Below are positions 11,871 to 24,510 of a DNA stretch of 64,000 nucleotides, in pieces. Source of the DNA: Azolla caroliniana. Lineage: Eukaryota > Plantae > Polypodiophyta. The translations under genes were made by a program, and so were the position numbers. Location: assembly GCA_043228905.1 (NCBI GenBank), contig JBHGNT010000015.1, positions 8,432,001 to 8,496,000 of the forward strand, written 5' to 3'. Below the pieces are notes generated by a model. That model saw only the letters and a program-made list of their open reading frames with translations, searched no databases and was not told where the DNA came from. How positions within the stretch are numbered: position 1 is the first letter of the stretch; each line of letters starts with the position of its first letter.

Positions 11871-14800
11871 TTCCGTCCGACCATTGGGGTTGGTCCGAAA
11901 ATTAAAAATCGTGATAGGTGGCCATGCCTTCTAAATTGCAGCCGTTGTTCTGGCTCTCGACTCCCCGAGTGCATACCCTATTCTGCTAGGTTGGCCATGG
12001 TTACGTTCCGCTAATATGAAGCAAAACTGGCAGTTCAGCAACATTAGCTTCCGACTAGGCCGTGCCAAGGTTTGGGTTCCGACAGAGGACACCACATCAC
12101 TCATACAAGCAATAACACCACTATATGTGGAAGAGGTCAACATGATGGAAGGACTGGAAGAAACGGCACTTGCGGCATACCTAGACAAGAATTTAAGAAT
12201 AGTACCGTTGTTCGAGATAGATGTTCTAGAAACAACGAACGAATATGTTGCGTCGACCGCACCAGATAAGGCGGATTACGAACTGAGCAGGGCGTGTGAT
12301 GCGTTTGATCAAGAAATGGAGATCTCGCAATGAGTCACAACATTGGCCTTGTAAGAAATTGATATACGGAATGTCGAGGCACCATGGCCTCTACCCATAG
12401 CAAAGGACCTGAAGCCTGCCAAAAGGGTAGCAATGATCAACCTACTACGGGAGTACAAAGATGTGTTTGCATGGTCACACGAACACATGAAGGGATTGGA
12501 CCCCAAGTTTTACCCACACCAAATCAATTTGGCAATAGATGCAAAACCAGTTCAACAATGACGCTATTGTATGAGCTGAATTACATGGCACACGTAAAGG
12601 AACAAATCAATAAACTTTTAAAAATCGGGTTCATTAGGTTGGTAAAGCAAGCCACATGGCTTAGTCCGATTGTAGTCGTACCGACAAAAAATGGCAAAAT
12701 CAAGGTTTGCGTTGACTATTGCAAATGGAATCCAGTTATGATCATGGACGCCTTTCCCTTGCCGTGGTAGGCCAGGAAATGTACAACTTCCTGGATGGGT
12801 TTAACGGGTACAATCAGATATGCATGCACCCAAACGACCAAGAGAAAACTGCCTTTGTAATAAATTGAGTCTTCGTGGCCGTCATCATGTTGTTCGGGTT
12901 GAAGACTGCCCCAACAACGTTCCAACGCATCATTGCCAAAATTTTCAACCAATTCATTCCTGCGTTCATGCAAGTGTTTGTCAATGACTTTGCGGTTTAT
13001 GGAACACGAGCGGATCATTTAGGCCATTTACGACTATGCTTTGAGAAATGTTGTTCATTACGGCTCAGCCACAATATGGCCAAATGAGCGTTCGGGGTCA
13101 AGAGTGGAGCCCTTCTCGGGCACATAGTGAGCAATGACGATATCACGGTGGATCACGGAAAAATCAAAGCCATCGTGGAGGCTCCAGCCCCACGTAATGC
13201 CAAAGATCTAAGTAGTTTCTTGGGGCAGATTCGTTGGCACAACTGCATGCTCCTCTACCTGGCGGATTTCGCTACGCCATTACACGTAATGGTGCACCAC
13301 ACTCCTTTCAAGTGGACGACAATGGAAAATAAGGCATACTTAGCGTTAAAATTCATGCCTACGCAGGTGCCAATCATACAGCCTCTGGTTTGGATGAAGT
13401 CATTTCACGTGTTTGTGGATGCATCCGACATAGCCATCGGTAGCACTCATGCAGCTAACCGAGCCGAACTAGTATCAGCCAGTGTACTACTCTAGCTGCA
13501 AATTAACGGATGCCGAACATACTTACTCCACGATAGAGCGTGAAGCATTAGGAATGACATCCAACATTAACAAATTTCGACATTACCTACTAGGCCGAAA
13601 ATTCACCTTTCACGTTGATCACCCGACACTACTTTATCTCGTCTCAAAACAGTCGTTGACCTGGAAGCCGACCGAGCACACAATGACAGATTATCTAAGC
13701 CGTATCGAAAATGGCGAAGAAGTAGTTGAAGGGCATGCCGACTTTACGGATACCAGAAACTTGCATATTTCGGCAAGTGATGCCGAAGAAGGCATGAACT
13801 CCCCGAACAAATGGGTGGAGGAAATCACCTATTTCTTAAGTACAAGGCTGCAATAGAAACATCTGGCAGTTCGAAGCCAGAACGTTTTCCTACTCGAAGG
13901 AATATTGTACCATAAGAGAAACGAAGACATCTAGCAAAGGTGTGTACGCCAAGACGAAAAGAGCGTGGTATTAAGAGAAGCTTACTGCGGAATAGCAGGG
14001 GGTCACTACGTAGGGGAGGCAAGCGCACGAAAGATATGGCAAGGAGGACTCCGGTGGCCGATGACACAAAAGGACGCCCACACATATTGTAAAGAATGTG
14101 ACCTACGGTAGTGAATGGGCCAACCAACTGAGTTAGTGCGGATGACCAATCAACCAGTGCTACCACTGGAGCCATTCTAGAAATGCGCTTTGGATTTTGT
14201 CGGACCATTTACTCCAGCCGCTGCACGAATACGTAACAAGTACATCCTAGGGGCCATGAACTACTGTACGAAATGGGTCAAAGCAAAATCATTATGAGAT
14301 AACACGGGCACATCGATGACAAGATTCTTATACGACCACATCTGGTGCTGTTTTGGCTGCCTTATAGAGTTAATCTGCGACCAAGGAAGCCATTTCCTCA
14401 ACACGGTAATTCACGAGGTCACCGACCATTACGCCGTAGTTCACAAGAAAAGCACATCGTATTATCCATAGGCCAATGGATTCGCCGAATCAACGAACAA
14501 CCAGAACATCCTAAAGAAAATCGTCAACGACAACCGCACGGATTGGGACACTAAGCTGCATAGCGCCCTATGGGCGTACCGCACCAGTTTCAAGACCAGT
14601 ATCCAACTAACTCCATTCCAGCTAGCGTTCGGACTAGAAGCCATAATGCCTCCTAAATTTCAGGTTCCAAGTTTACAAGTACAAGTTCAAGAGCACCTTT
14701 CCAAACGATAGTCTGAGCAAATCTGCTTACAACAACTTCTCGAACTCGGTGAAGCCACCTAGTCCACAATATGGCAATTTTGGAACACGAACAACAATGA

Positions 14801-15060
14801 CGAAAGACGTTCGTGGATCAACACAACGGCACCAACGAGAAATGGTTTTAAGTTGGAAAAGTTGTCCTAGTGTTCCAAACACACATGGGACAGATGCCAC
14901 ATAAACTATGATTCAGATGGACCAGACGTTATTGGATTATAGGCGTCGAAAATGGGACATTCGAGCCGGGCGGTCTTGCAGGAGAAGTATTATGCCAAAA
15001 GGTCAATGGGTTTTAGTAGAAGCCGTATTGGGGCCCCACAATGCCCAACCCTTTTCAAGT
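11870..15060 (+). pseudogene. pol: Decayed Ty3/Gypsy pol (PR end, RT, RNase H, integrase)
   Basis: WLSPIVVVPTKNGKIKVCVDY, FGLKTAPTTFQR, FVDASDIAIG and YSTIEREALG in Gypsy domain order, with many stops and frameshifts. Confidence 0.88.
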
Positions 15061-15289
15061 CAATGCGAAAAATGGGCCCACTTCTGCGAGGACGACCGAG
15101 CGGAACAGTCACAGGCCACATTATACGTGCCAAGCCAGTTCTCTACGGATTACGGAAAACCCTTACGATCTCTTAGCTCCCTATGCTCTCCTTGCTCACC
15201 ACGATATCACAAAATCTCTCTCGCTCGAACCGTGCATTCAATTCATTACCCTTGCTCCTCTCAACTCGTCTTCGAAGACATCAACAACA

Positions 15290-15780
15290 TGACGATTGAT
15301 ATCTCCTTAGCAATGCAGCGATGGCTCCAAGATAAGGGACTCGCATACTACATCCGGGTAGCAGAAGCGCCGCCCCACCCAAACTCGCAAGACATGGCAA
15401 GGAAGCTCAATATTGATACCATCACAAATGCCAGCATCAGGAAGAAGTTGGGCCTGTTCCGGAGTGGAGAATGCCACTTTGAGATCCCTGCAACAGGGGC
15501 TCTCGAGCGTTACTTTGGGGAGTACTCTGTCTTGGCCAAAGCTTATAGGACGAGGGATGCAACTGATCCTTTCTTTTGCGAACTTGCGAAGTTTCTATTA
15601 GAAGTGGGGAGCGTGCACACCAATGCGTTCAGGATGCCAAAACAAAATGCGGCCATCTTCATCGCGACATTCCAGGGACATACCATAGATTGGGGAGTCA
15701 TAAAAGGTCCAGCTCTACGCATGGTCTCCATGTGTTCTAGGCCGGGAAGAAACTTCGCCCCATCATCCAATCGTATTTGA
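15290..15780 (+). CDS. Unknown ORF downstream of the Gypsy integrase (possible extra ORF of the element)
   Basis: ATG-started ~163-codon 3' part of ORF 14908-15780 with a globular-looking composition. No recognised motif. Confidence 0.3.
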
Positions 15781-15934
15781 CAATACTATTTCTGCCCCAA
15801 CTTGCAGTCACACCCGCGTCCGTCAAAACGCAAGCTCACCGAACTCACCACTACCGAGTGGGAGAATGAAGAAAGTTGGTAGGGATCGGAACCCGTAGCT
15901 CCGCAAGCCGAACAACAGCCTACCCCCACCCAGA

Positions 15935-17110
15935 GTGTCGTCTCCCGTTTCGACTACTCCTTGCTTTTCCGGTTTCTCCAAATATGAGAACCAATCCTCA
16001 TGACTCATCATATGATTTGACACTCCGGAATCAACATACCACACCTCGCTCAATTTCGAGGTGTTCATGGCCATCGAATTGTCCTTGTGCTTCATTATGA
16101 AGGTTGGGCTCGATCCATTTCTGGCTCGTTGGGAGCCTTCGGCGTAGTGCGATTTCTGACGCCTTCTTGCGTCTCTTCCACTCGATTTGGCTTTGTCTGA
16201 ATCAGTTCTCTTCTTCTAGCACTCACTCTCCTTGTGGCCTTTCTTGCCATAGTACCAACATTTTGTCACGGCCTTCTCTTGCCTGCTTTTGGCGCCATTA
16301 TGACTCCCCCTGCTTCCGAAGGGTTCGGAATTGCTTCTGGTATTTCGATTATGTCATACGTTCTACAATTTTCAGCCACCTCCACTTCGCGCCGATCCTC
16401 CTCATCCGCCATGAGCATGGGGCCTGTCTTCCTCCATGTACAACATCCTGCAGTCAGCATGCGTACTCATGGACACACCCGTGTCATTTTCCTCCACAAG
16501 CAACATCGACTGAAGCTCGAAGAACGAAGGCCTAATCTCCCTTGTGTAGACCACCATCCAGAATGCTCTGAACTTTGATGCTAACCCCCCAAGACACACC
16601 AGCACCATTTCGCCCTCCTTGACGTTCATGTTGACGGAGGCAAGAGAGTCGCAGATCTCCTTGATTTGGGCCATGTAATCGGCCATAGACAGATCTTTTT
16701 GTCAGACATTGCTGAGCTCTTGCTTGAGCTGCAACTTCCTGGCCATTGCGCTAGCGGTGAAAATCCTCTTGAGATTTGCCCACGCGTCCTTTGGCGTCTT
16801 AGCATCCTGAATGGAGCTCAAGAGCTGGTTGCTCACACAGAACGTGAAGCAGTAAAGAACTCTGCTTGGCGCTTGTTCCCAAGCCGAAAAATCTTTGTGT
16901 GTCAGTTCAGGTGTTGCATCATTAGCTCCATCAACATAACTCTAGTAACCATGACCAAGCAGATACTGGTGCATCTTGTACGACTAAGATGCGTAGTTTC
17001 TCTTGTCGAGCTTCTCATTCCTGTGTCCATATTGTTATCTTATCCTTTCCGAAAAAAAAAAAACAATAACTTAACTTTGTCTTTATCGCAAGCTTTTTTG
17101 TCGGCTGGAG
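15935..17110 (-). mobile_element. Copia (dominant family) gag/protease fragment
   Basis: WYVDSGVSNHM, DYMAQIKEICDSL and YASxSYKMHQYLLGHG-type motifs on the minus strand. Confidence 0.85.
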
Positions 17111-17220
17111 AAGAGTTTAAGCCGAAGAGACAATGTCGGGGTAGTTGTGGTGCGAAGTCGCAAGGACGAAGGTTAAGGGGAGTTGAAGGAACTTAAATTT
17201 GAATAAGGCTTGTATGGTGA

Positions 17221-17980
17221 TGTTAGAAAGGTTAAGAATAGCAAGAAGAAGAGTTACGAGTAATGTGTGTGAGAGAGAGAGAGACGAGAATAGATAGAAG
17301 ATAGAGACAATATATGATTCAAGAAGCAAGTGTATTTGATATAAACATGATGTATATTAAAAAGACAATATTTTACCAACTTTACAATCCTTGATCGCAA
17401 ACTGAACACATTCTCTGTCGACCCTTGATTTGAACCCACGACCTCAACTTCGAAACGAGAAGTTCTCCACCCAATGAGCTAGTCTTCTTTACTTGAGTGT
17501 ATTATTTTCTCACTCTCTCTTGATTCCCTCTTTTTTCCTTGCCCCTCTATAGTGTTGCCATGCATATGGTAATGTATGGGAGCATAGCATGCATGCAATG
17601 CATGAGTTACATGTAATGCATGATTGCCATTTGGCGCACATGTATTGCACGTGATGCATGGTAGCCATCATGCTCACTTGAGCTCCCATGTATGAAAATA
17701 GATATGGGATAACTATAATGATGAAAATATATTCTAAAATAACTAACCTAGCTTAGTGGTGTATACTTTGTGTTTGGCATACAAGGTTGAGAGTTCAAGT
17801 CTCTCATTTTTAGTCAATACAATATATAACTTCATTCTTATATCATGAAGCACATTTATTACAAACTCGTGGTATGTACATTGTACTTCGTATATAAGGA
17901 TGTGGGTTCAAGTCTCTCAATTATTATTAAATACAATATTTAAGCTCATTTTTATATCCTGAAGCACATTCTTCATGACA
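17221..17980 (-). mobile_element. Putative LTR (TGTCATGAAG...CTAACA on minus) carrying three tRNA-like modules
   Basis: TG/CA termini, and the start resembles the TGTCGTGAAG LTRs. No partner LTR or TSD found. Confidence 0.4.
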
Positions 17981-20715
17981 CCTGCACACGCGCAAAGAAA
18001 AGGGAAAGAAGAAGATGCCGGAGTACGGCACGGATAGGGACGAGTCGGATCGACACAAATCTGACTCCGAGAAGAGCGATGATGGTACTTCAAGAACAAA
18101 GCCCGTGTCGACCAGAACGGCCTCAACATCGGCTAATGAGCAAATACGCCAATCTACCCGTTAGAAGAACCCTATTGGGTGGTTCGGATACAACGAGTAC
18201 ATGGCGCATCACTATGCTTACATGGCACATGTAGCGGAAGTGCGTGAGCCAGAGAGCTACGTTGAACCAGCAAAGGACGCAAATTGGCGTGCCGCCATGG
18301 AAAAAGAGATGAACGCACTTGCGGAGAATGAAACCTGGGACCTGGTTGATGCCCCCAAGAGTGTAAAGCGGATTAGATGGAGGTGGGTGTACAAGGTCAA
18401 AGTACAACACTGACGGCTCGGTCAACCGATACAAGGCCCGGTTAGTAGCAAAAGGTTACACACAGCAACACAACATCGATTACGATGAGAAGTTTGCGCC
18501 TGTTGCAAAGATGACGACCGTCTGTGTTTTGCTTGCGGTAGCTATGGCGAAGGGGTGGCACTTACATCAGATGGATGTAAAGAATGCGTTCCTGCAAGGC
18601 GAGCTTGAGGAACAAGTGTACATGGTACAACCCCTCGGATTTCACTCTAGAACAAATACTTCGGCGGTATGCCGGTTAAAGAAGTCCCTTTACGGACTAA
18701 AGCAAGCCCCGCGTGTCTGGAACGTGAAGATCACACAACGATTGCGTCGGATGGGATTTGTGACGTCCTAATCAGACTCTTCACTGTTCGTCCAGCAAGG
18801 TTGACTTGGGCTGGTTAGTATTTTACTCTATGTTGATGAATTGGTCATCGCCGTCATCGACCTAGGTGAAATTGACCGCGTAAAGATCCAGTTTGCGGCA
18901 TCATTTGTCTTGGGATCGAAGTGATCCGAACCCCCGAAGGCATACTGACTAGCCAACGGCATTACGTGTTGAGTATGTTGTTCAAGTTCGGGATGGCAGA
19001 CTGTAAGTCCGTCTCAACTCCTCTAGACAAAACTGTGAAGCTTTGCCCCGACTCCGAAAAGGTTTGCGACATGAAAAGGTTCCGACAGACTCTCAGAAGT
19101 CTCATATACTTGACTATCACCCAGTTGGACTTCAGTTACCCGGTTGGCTTGATTAGTCAGTTCATGGCGCAACCAACCAAGGAGCACCTTCAATGCGTGC
19201 AACGCGTACTCAGGTACGTCAGTGGCACTATGGACCGGGGGCTGCTATATCGAACCGGTACTGCCACGCAACTAGTTGGCTATACAGATGTCGACTGGGC
19301 CGGAAACGCCGGCAATCGCCAATCCACATCCATATTCGCGTTCTCCCTTGGCAGCGCCGCGATCGCTTGGAGTAGCAAGAAGCAGCCGATAGTTGCACTG
19401 TTGAGCACAGAGGCCGAGTATCGAGAAGCGGTTGTCGCAACATGCGAAGCCATATGGCTGAAGCGGCTACTTAAGGATCTGCAGGTGGAGGTGTCCGGTT
19501 CGACGACAATCTACTCCGACAACCTCAACAACATTCAACTTGTGAAGAACCCAGACTTCCACGCCCGGACTAAGCACATTGAGGTGCACTACCACTTTGT
19601 CCGTGAGCTTCTCCTCTCTGGTGAAGTTGAACTTTAGTATGTTTCGACGGATCGGCAGAACGCCGACATTTTAAGCCCCTTGGTCTGGACAAGTTCCGGC
19701 AATTCTCGGGTGCGCATGGGTTGCAGCACTTCGATGTGCCAAACTTGAGGGGGAGAGAAGTCCCACAAGACCACAGAAAGGAGCAGGAAAGGAGCAGAAG
19801 TAACCGCGACATCAAATCGGATGACGAATTCGATTTAGTGTTGACTGAAGAAGCCGAAGGTGGATCTGTGGAAGAGTCCGGAAGTGGACGAGAATGCAGT
19901 AGCCGAAAGAAAGAGCCGAAGCTAGCCAAACATGGGGGAGATGAACCCAACAAGCGCGAGAAGGCCAAGATTGAGGACGAATTGGAGATAGCCAATTCGG
20001 ACAAAAGCGGAGGTGAATCGGAGGCAGCTGATTCAGCTCGGATGTTTGATTCGGAGATGCCAAATCAACTGACGCCCAAGCAAAAGAAAGGGCAGCAGAA
20101 GAAGCGCCAACACTGTGACAGCAAGGGAGCTGGAAAAGGCCGCACGAGCAGACAAGCCGACTGTAAGGGTCAAGGCGCGCAGAATCGAACGGGTTGAGGA
20201 GCGCGAGCGAGGTGTGAAGCCCAGAGAAACCGGAGCGAAGGACCGGAAGAGCCTCAAGTTGATCTTGAGGGGAAGTGTTGAGATACAAGCTCAACATTGG
20301 CCGGATCACTTGTGCAAGCCGAGAACCAGATCTGTTCAGATAGATTGGTTAGGCTGTATCGGTGTGTAAACTGGTGCTCAAACCTGTGCGCAACAAGAGG
20401 CCAAATTGGTGCGGAAACCGGGAGGCCATTGAATAGATATTTTGAGAGGGAATATATTTGGGAGTTAGTGTAGGAGCTCAGTTATGAGCATTGAAGTACA
20501 TGTCAGTACTTCTGTCAGTCCTTATGGACTTGTATAAAAGTGCTCTCTGAGCACATCCTATGTATAGAGTTTACACATTATTCGAATTTAGTTCTTTTGT
20601 GTTTTATTCCCTCTCTGTCTCTCCCGCATACATTGTGTCTTAAGCTCTCCATTAAACCTCTTTTTCTCTCTCAGTATTTTGTGTTTCATATAGCTTCCGC
20701 ACGTAACATTTCACA
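17981..20715 (+). mobile_element. 3' half of a Copia (RT, RNase H, extension, 3' LTR 20276-20715) inserted into the KCS gene
   Basis: [19 protein letters not shown] and [19 protein letters not shown] then TGTTGAG...TTTCACA abutting the KCS coding sequence. Confidence 0.9.
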
Positions 20716-21192
20716 AGGCGAAAGGTAGGTCTCCTCACCCATGCCAGACCTCTCCATAGCCTTCCCTTTAAATTCCAAGCTCGCTTCGTTGAACATGCCT
20801 ATGCTCCTGATATGATCCAAGAAAGCTTGGCAAGAGACCTTCAGATTCTCTGTAGGCTTGTAGCTGGCGAAGTCGATGAGGTACACGGCCCTCAGCAGAG
20901 ACATGAAGTGTAGGGTCGCGGTGAAGACGATGGTTCCAAAGCAGGCCAATATACTAAACAGATCGAACTCGAAATCTTGCCATACCTGCGAGAAGCCTTG
21001 CTTGGAGAGAGCACCGAGCTCGGCACTAAAGGCTACCCGGAGAGTAGGAATGGTGAAGAGGCAGAAGCCATGGCTGATGAGGTAATGGTAGCTGAGCTTC
21101 ACGTACATTAGGTTACCGGACTGCAAGAAGTTCGGTAGGCAGCGGCGAACCCTAACAGAGAAGCTCACGGAGCCGTTGGGGACGATATCCAT
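20716..21192 (-). pseudogene. KCS: 3-ketoacyl-CoA synthase (FAE1/KCS family, FIDDLEHEAD/KCS10-like) N-terminal fragment, truncated by a Copia LTR
   Basis: FSVRVRRCLPNFLQSGNLMYVKLSYHYLISH ... VYLIDFASYKP ... MERSGMGEETYL match the plant KCS N-terminus. Several conserved residues are mutated and the catalytic domain is absent. Confidence 0.88.
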
Positions 21193-21367
21193 GGACCTCC
21201 TTCACCATGGCCGGGAAGCTGTAGAAAAAGGGATGGATGCTCTGAGGAAATGTTACAGAGGGCGAGAGGAGAAGCTATGCAGAGAATGATCTTCGCGTTG
21301 AGGAGAGGAGTCTAGCGATGCGATATTTGTTGCAGGTGGCCATTTCGTCTGTGAGCTCAGGGCGTGC

Positions 21368-21387
21368 TAGGGTTAGGGTTAGGGTTA
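21368..21387. repeat. Short (TTAGGG)n telomere-like / telo-box tract upstream of KCS
   Basis: TAGGGTTAGGGTTAGGGTTA read directly. Confidence 0.6.
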
Positions 21388-23038
21388 ATTGTAGTAGGGG
21401 CATATATCCACAAATGTTAAGACTTTGAGAGGGACAGAGGAACTTCTTCTCAAGGGAGGTTCATCCCTTCGGGCATACCAAAAGTGTTGTTGGGATGGGG
21501 GGTGAAGCCATCCTCCCAAGGGGGTTATGATAGAGAGAGAGTGAGAGAGAAAGAAAAATAGAAAATGACACAAAAATGACGGGGAAAAGCTCTCTCTTCA
21601 TTATGTGTCCCATAAGGGGTTTTTATAGTACATAATTGTGAAAGTTAGCGTGCGGAAGCTTGACAAAACAAGTTTAGCCGGGTAGCAGCAGAGAATAAAA
21701 AACAAGTTCAATGGAAGCTTGAGGGTATTTAGTATACACGAGAGAGACAAAGAGAGCAGAACATAAACTCTATTAAAAAATAGCACTCTGTATCACTCTC
21801 TAAAACTCGGCAGATATAACGTGCTAAACAACACTATTTATACAAGTCCTCAATAGGTCTGACAGAAGTACTATGTACTGCAATGCTCATACGAGCAGCT
21901 GACACTAAGTATGAGGACTCCGACTACCTAGAAGTCTAGGAGTGTAGGCTACTAATAGCCTTCCGGTTCACATTTGAATACGGCTCCCCAATCCGGCTCC
22001 TGGTTCCGGATACCATCCGGACACCAATCTGGCTCTGGCTTGTTCAACCGATCCAGATACTGTTGAGCGTGCTCGCTCAACACTCCCCCTCAAGCTCAAC
22101 ATGAGGTTGGATCATGGTGTCAGTGGGTCCATTCCTCCAACACCTTCTGGCGTCCTCCCGCTTTGCTCACACTCCTCATCTGGTCTGGTTATGCTTCGCA
22201 CAACCCGTCAGGTTCTGCGCACCTCGACCTCCTTGGTCGACTTGTCTGCTCAGGAGGCCCATCTCAGCACCTTCACTGCTATGACTCTTGTCGACCCATC
22301 GGTTCCTCCATGTTGGTGTCGACTTCCACTACCTTTTCATCTGCTTGGCCTTTAGTTGATCCGGCTCTTTCGAATCCAATTGTTGAACCGAATTGACTTC
22401 CTCCGATTCGTTCCCGTTCTTGTCCGGTTTGGTAGTCTCCAACTCGTCTTTCGTTTTTAGGCCCTTTACCACTTCGGACCACGTCCGGGTCTTGGCCTTC
22501 TTGCGGTCCGCTCTGTCCTTCTTGACTCCGCCACCATTACCGCTTGCTCCGACTTGTTCGAATGTGCCGACTCCTTCGGTTGGCTCGGCTTCCTTTATGT
22601 GCTTTGTCCGGGCATGGAATACAGGGTTCTTGGCGAGTTGTATGTTGCTTACGTTGTCACAATAAATCAAGATCGGGGTGGGCACCTGGATTTGGAGGTC
22701 TCGCAGCTGTCGTCGAAGCCAGATGGCTTCAGAGGTGGCAATGGTAGCGCCTCTATACTCAGCCTTAGTGCTCGACATAGCCACTGTTGGCTAGTTTTTG
22801 TTGCTCCATGCAACAACCATGCTACCAAGAGAAAACATGTAACCGGAGGTGGATCGGCGATCCGATGCATCACTAGCCCAGTTGGCATTGGTGTATTCGA
22901 CTAACTACACTCATCGCAGGCCGGGTCAGAGTTGGGATGTAGCTTCAAGTTCTGGTCTAAGGGTGTGGAGATCGGTCGGCATTCCGTCATGCCGAACTTG
23001 TACATCATATTCAACACATAATGGGTTGGCATTCCGTC

Positions 23039-23737
23039 GCTCTTGTTTGCCCCTGCATGACTTTTACCACAACTTTACATTTTCCTTCATGTCTCTTAGC
23101 CTATATTTCAAAACTTAGATTTTATTAGCTCATATTATAGCCTACGTCATTGGCTTCGATTCAACTATTGGAACTTGGAAATCCGATATCATATGAGGAC
23201 GCCATGATCTTTTTGATTCATGTGGTGGCTCTTGTTTGCCCCTACATGACTTCTACCACAACTTTACATTTTCCTTCATGTCTCTTGCCTTGAATTTCAA
23301 AACTTAGATTTTATTAGCTCATATCATAGCCTACGTCGTTGGCCTCAATTCAACTATTTGAAATCGGAAATCCGATGTCATATGAGGACACCGTGACCTC
23401 TTTGATCCATGTGGTGGCTCTTGTTTGCCCCTAATTCACTTCTACCACAACTTTACATTTTCCTTCATGTCTCTTGGCTTGAATTTCAAAACTTAGATTT
23501 TATTACCTCATATCATAGATTGCGTTGTTGGCTTCGATTCAACTATTGGAACTCGGAAATTCGATATCATATGAGGACACCATGATCTTTTTGATTCATG
23601 TGGTAGCTCTTGTTTGCCCCTGCATGACTTCTACCACAACTTTACATTTTCCTTCATGTCTCTTGGCCTATATTTCAAACCTTAGATTTTATTAGCTCAT
23701 ATCATAGCCTACTTCATTGGCTTCGATTGACCTATTT
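23039..23737. repeat. 189-bp tandem (satellite-like) array, ~3.7 copies
   Basis: TCTTGTTTGCCC recurs at 23041, 23230, 23419 and 23608, an exact 189-bp period. Confidence 0.95.
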
Positions 23738-24510
23738 GAACTTGTACAACATATTCACCTCTTTGTGGCTCGCATGTGGTTTGACGCTCCGGAATCAACA
23801 TATCATACTTCCTCCGATCCGAAAGTGGTCTTCTTCATCGAGTTTGCCTTGTGTTTCATCACGAAGGCTGGCCCTTTTCCATTCTATCTAGTTATGGATC
23901 CTTCTGATCCTCATGCGTATTGTGAGCTTTGTCGGTTCCCTTGTCCGGCCTTGCTAGATCCGGATTTATCCGAATCGGCACGATTATTCCAACACTCGCT
24001 CTCTCTATGGCCTTTCTTGCCACAGTACCAGCATTCCGTGCCGGTTTTTGACTACTGATTTCCAGCTCTGACTTGACTCCCCCTGCTTGTGGAGGGTCCG
24101 GAACGTTGTTGGCACCATCTCTATGACTTTAGTTTTGCTCTTGCCGGCTGCCTCGATTGTGTGTCGACCAACCTCGTCCTCCACGCCTACAGGTTCGATC
24201 CGCCTCTGTGTACAACATCCAGTTGTCTAATTGAGTGGTCCTCGAGCCACTCACGTGGTTTTCTTCGACTATCAAGATGGATTGTAAGTCGAAGAAGGAT
24301 GGTGGCTTCTGCCGAGTGCAAATTGTTGTCTGGATTGGCCCGTACCATTGTGCTAGACCACCAAGAAAGATTTGGACCATCTCTTCTTCTTCCACCATTA
24401 TCTTGATGGATCCAAGTGCATTGCAGATCTCCTTAATCTTGGTGTAGTCCATAACCGACCTCTCTCTCTATCGGATGTTGTTCAACTCTTGCTGGAGCTA
24501 CAACTTACGA

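Noticed and set aside
23039-23737. CRISPR array or coding repeat
   Set aside because: The units are contiguous 189-bp repeats with no unique spacers, there are no cas genes, the context is eukaryotic, and no ORF runs through the array.
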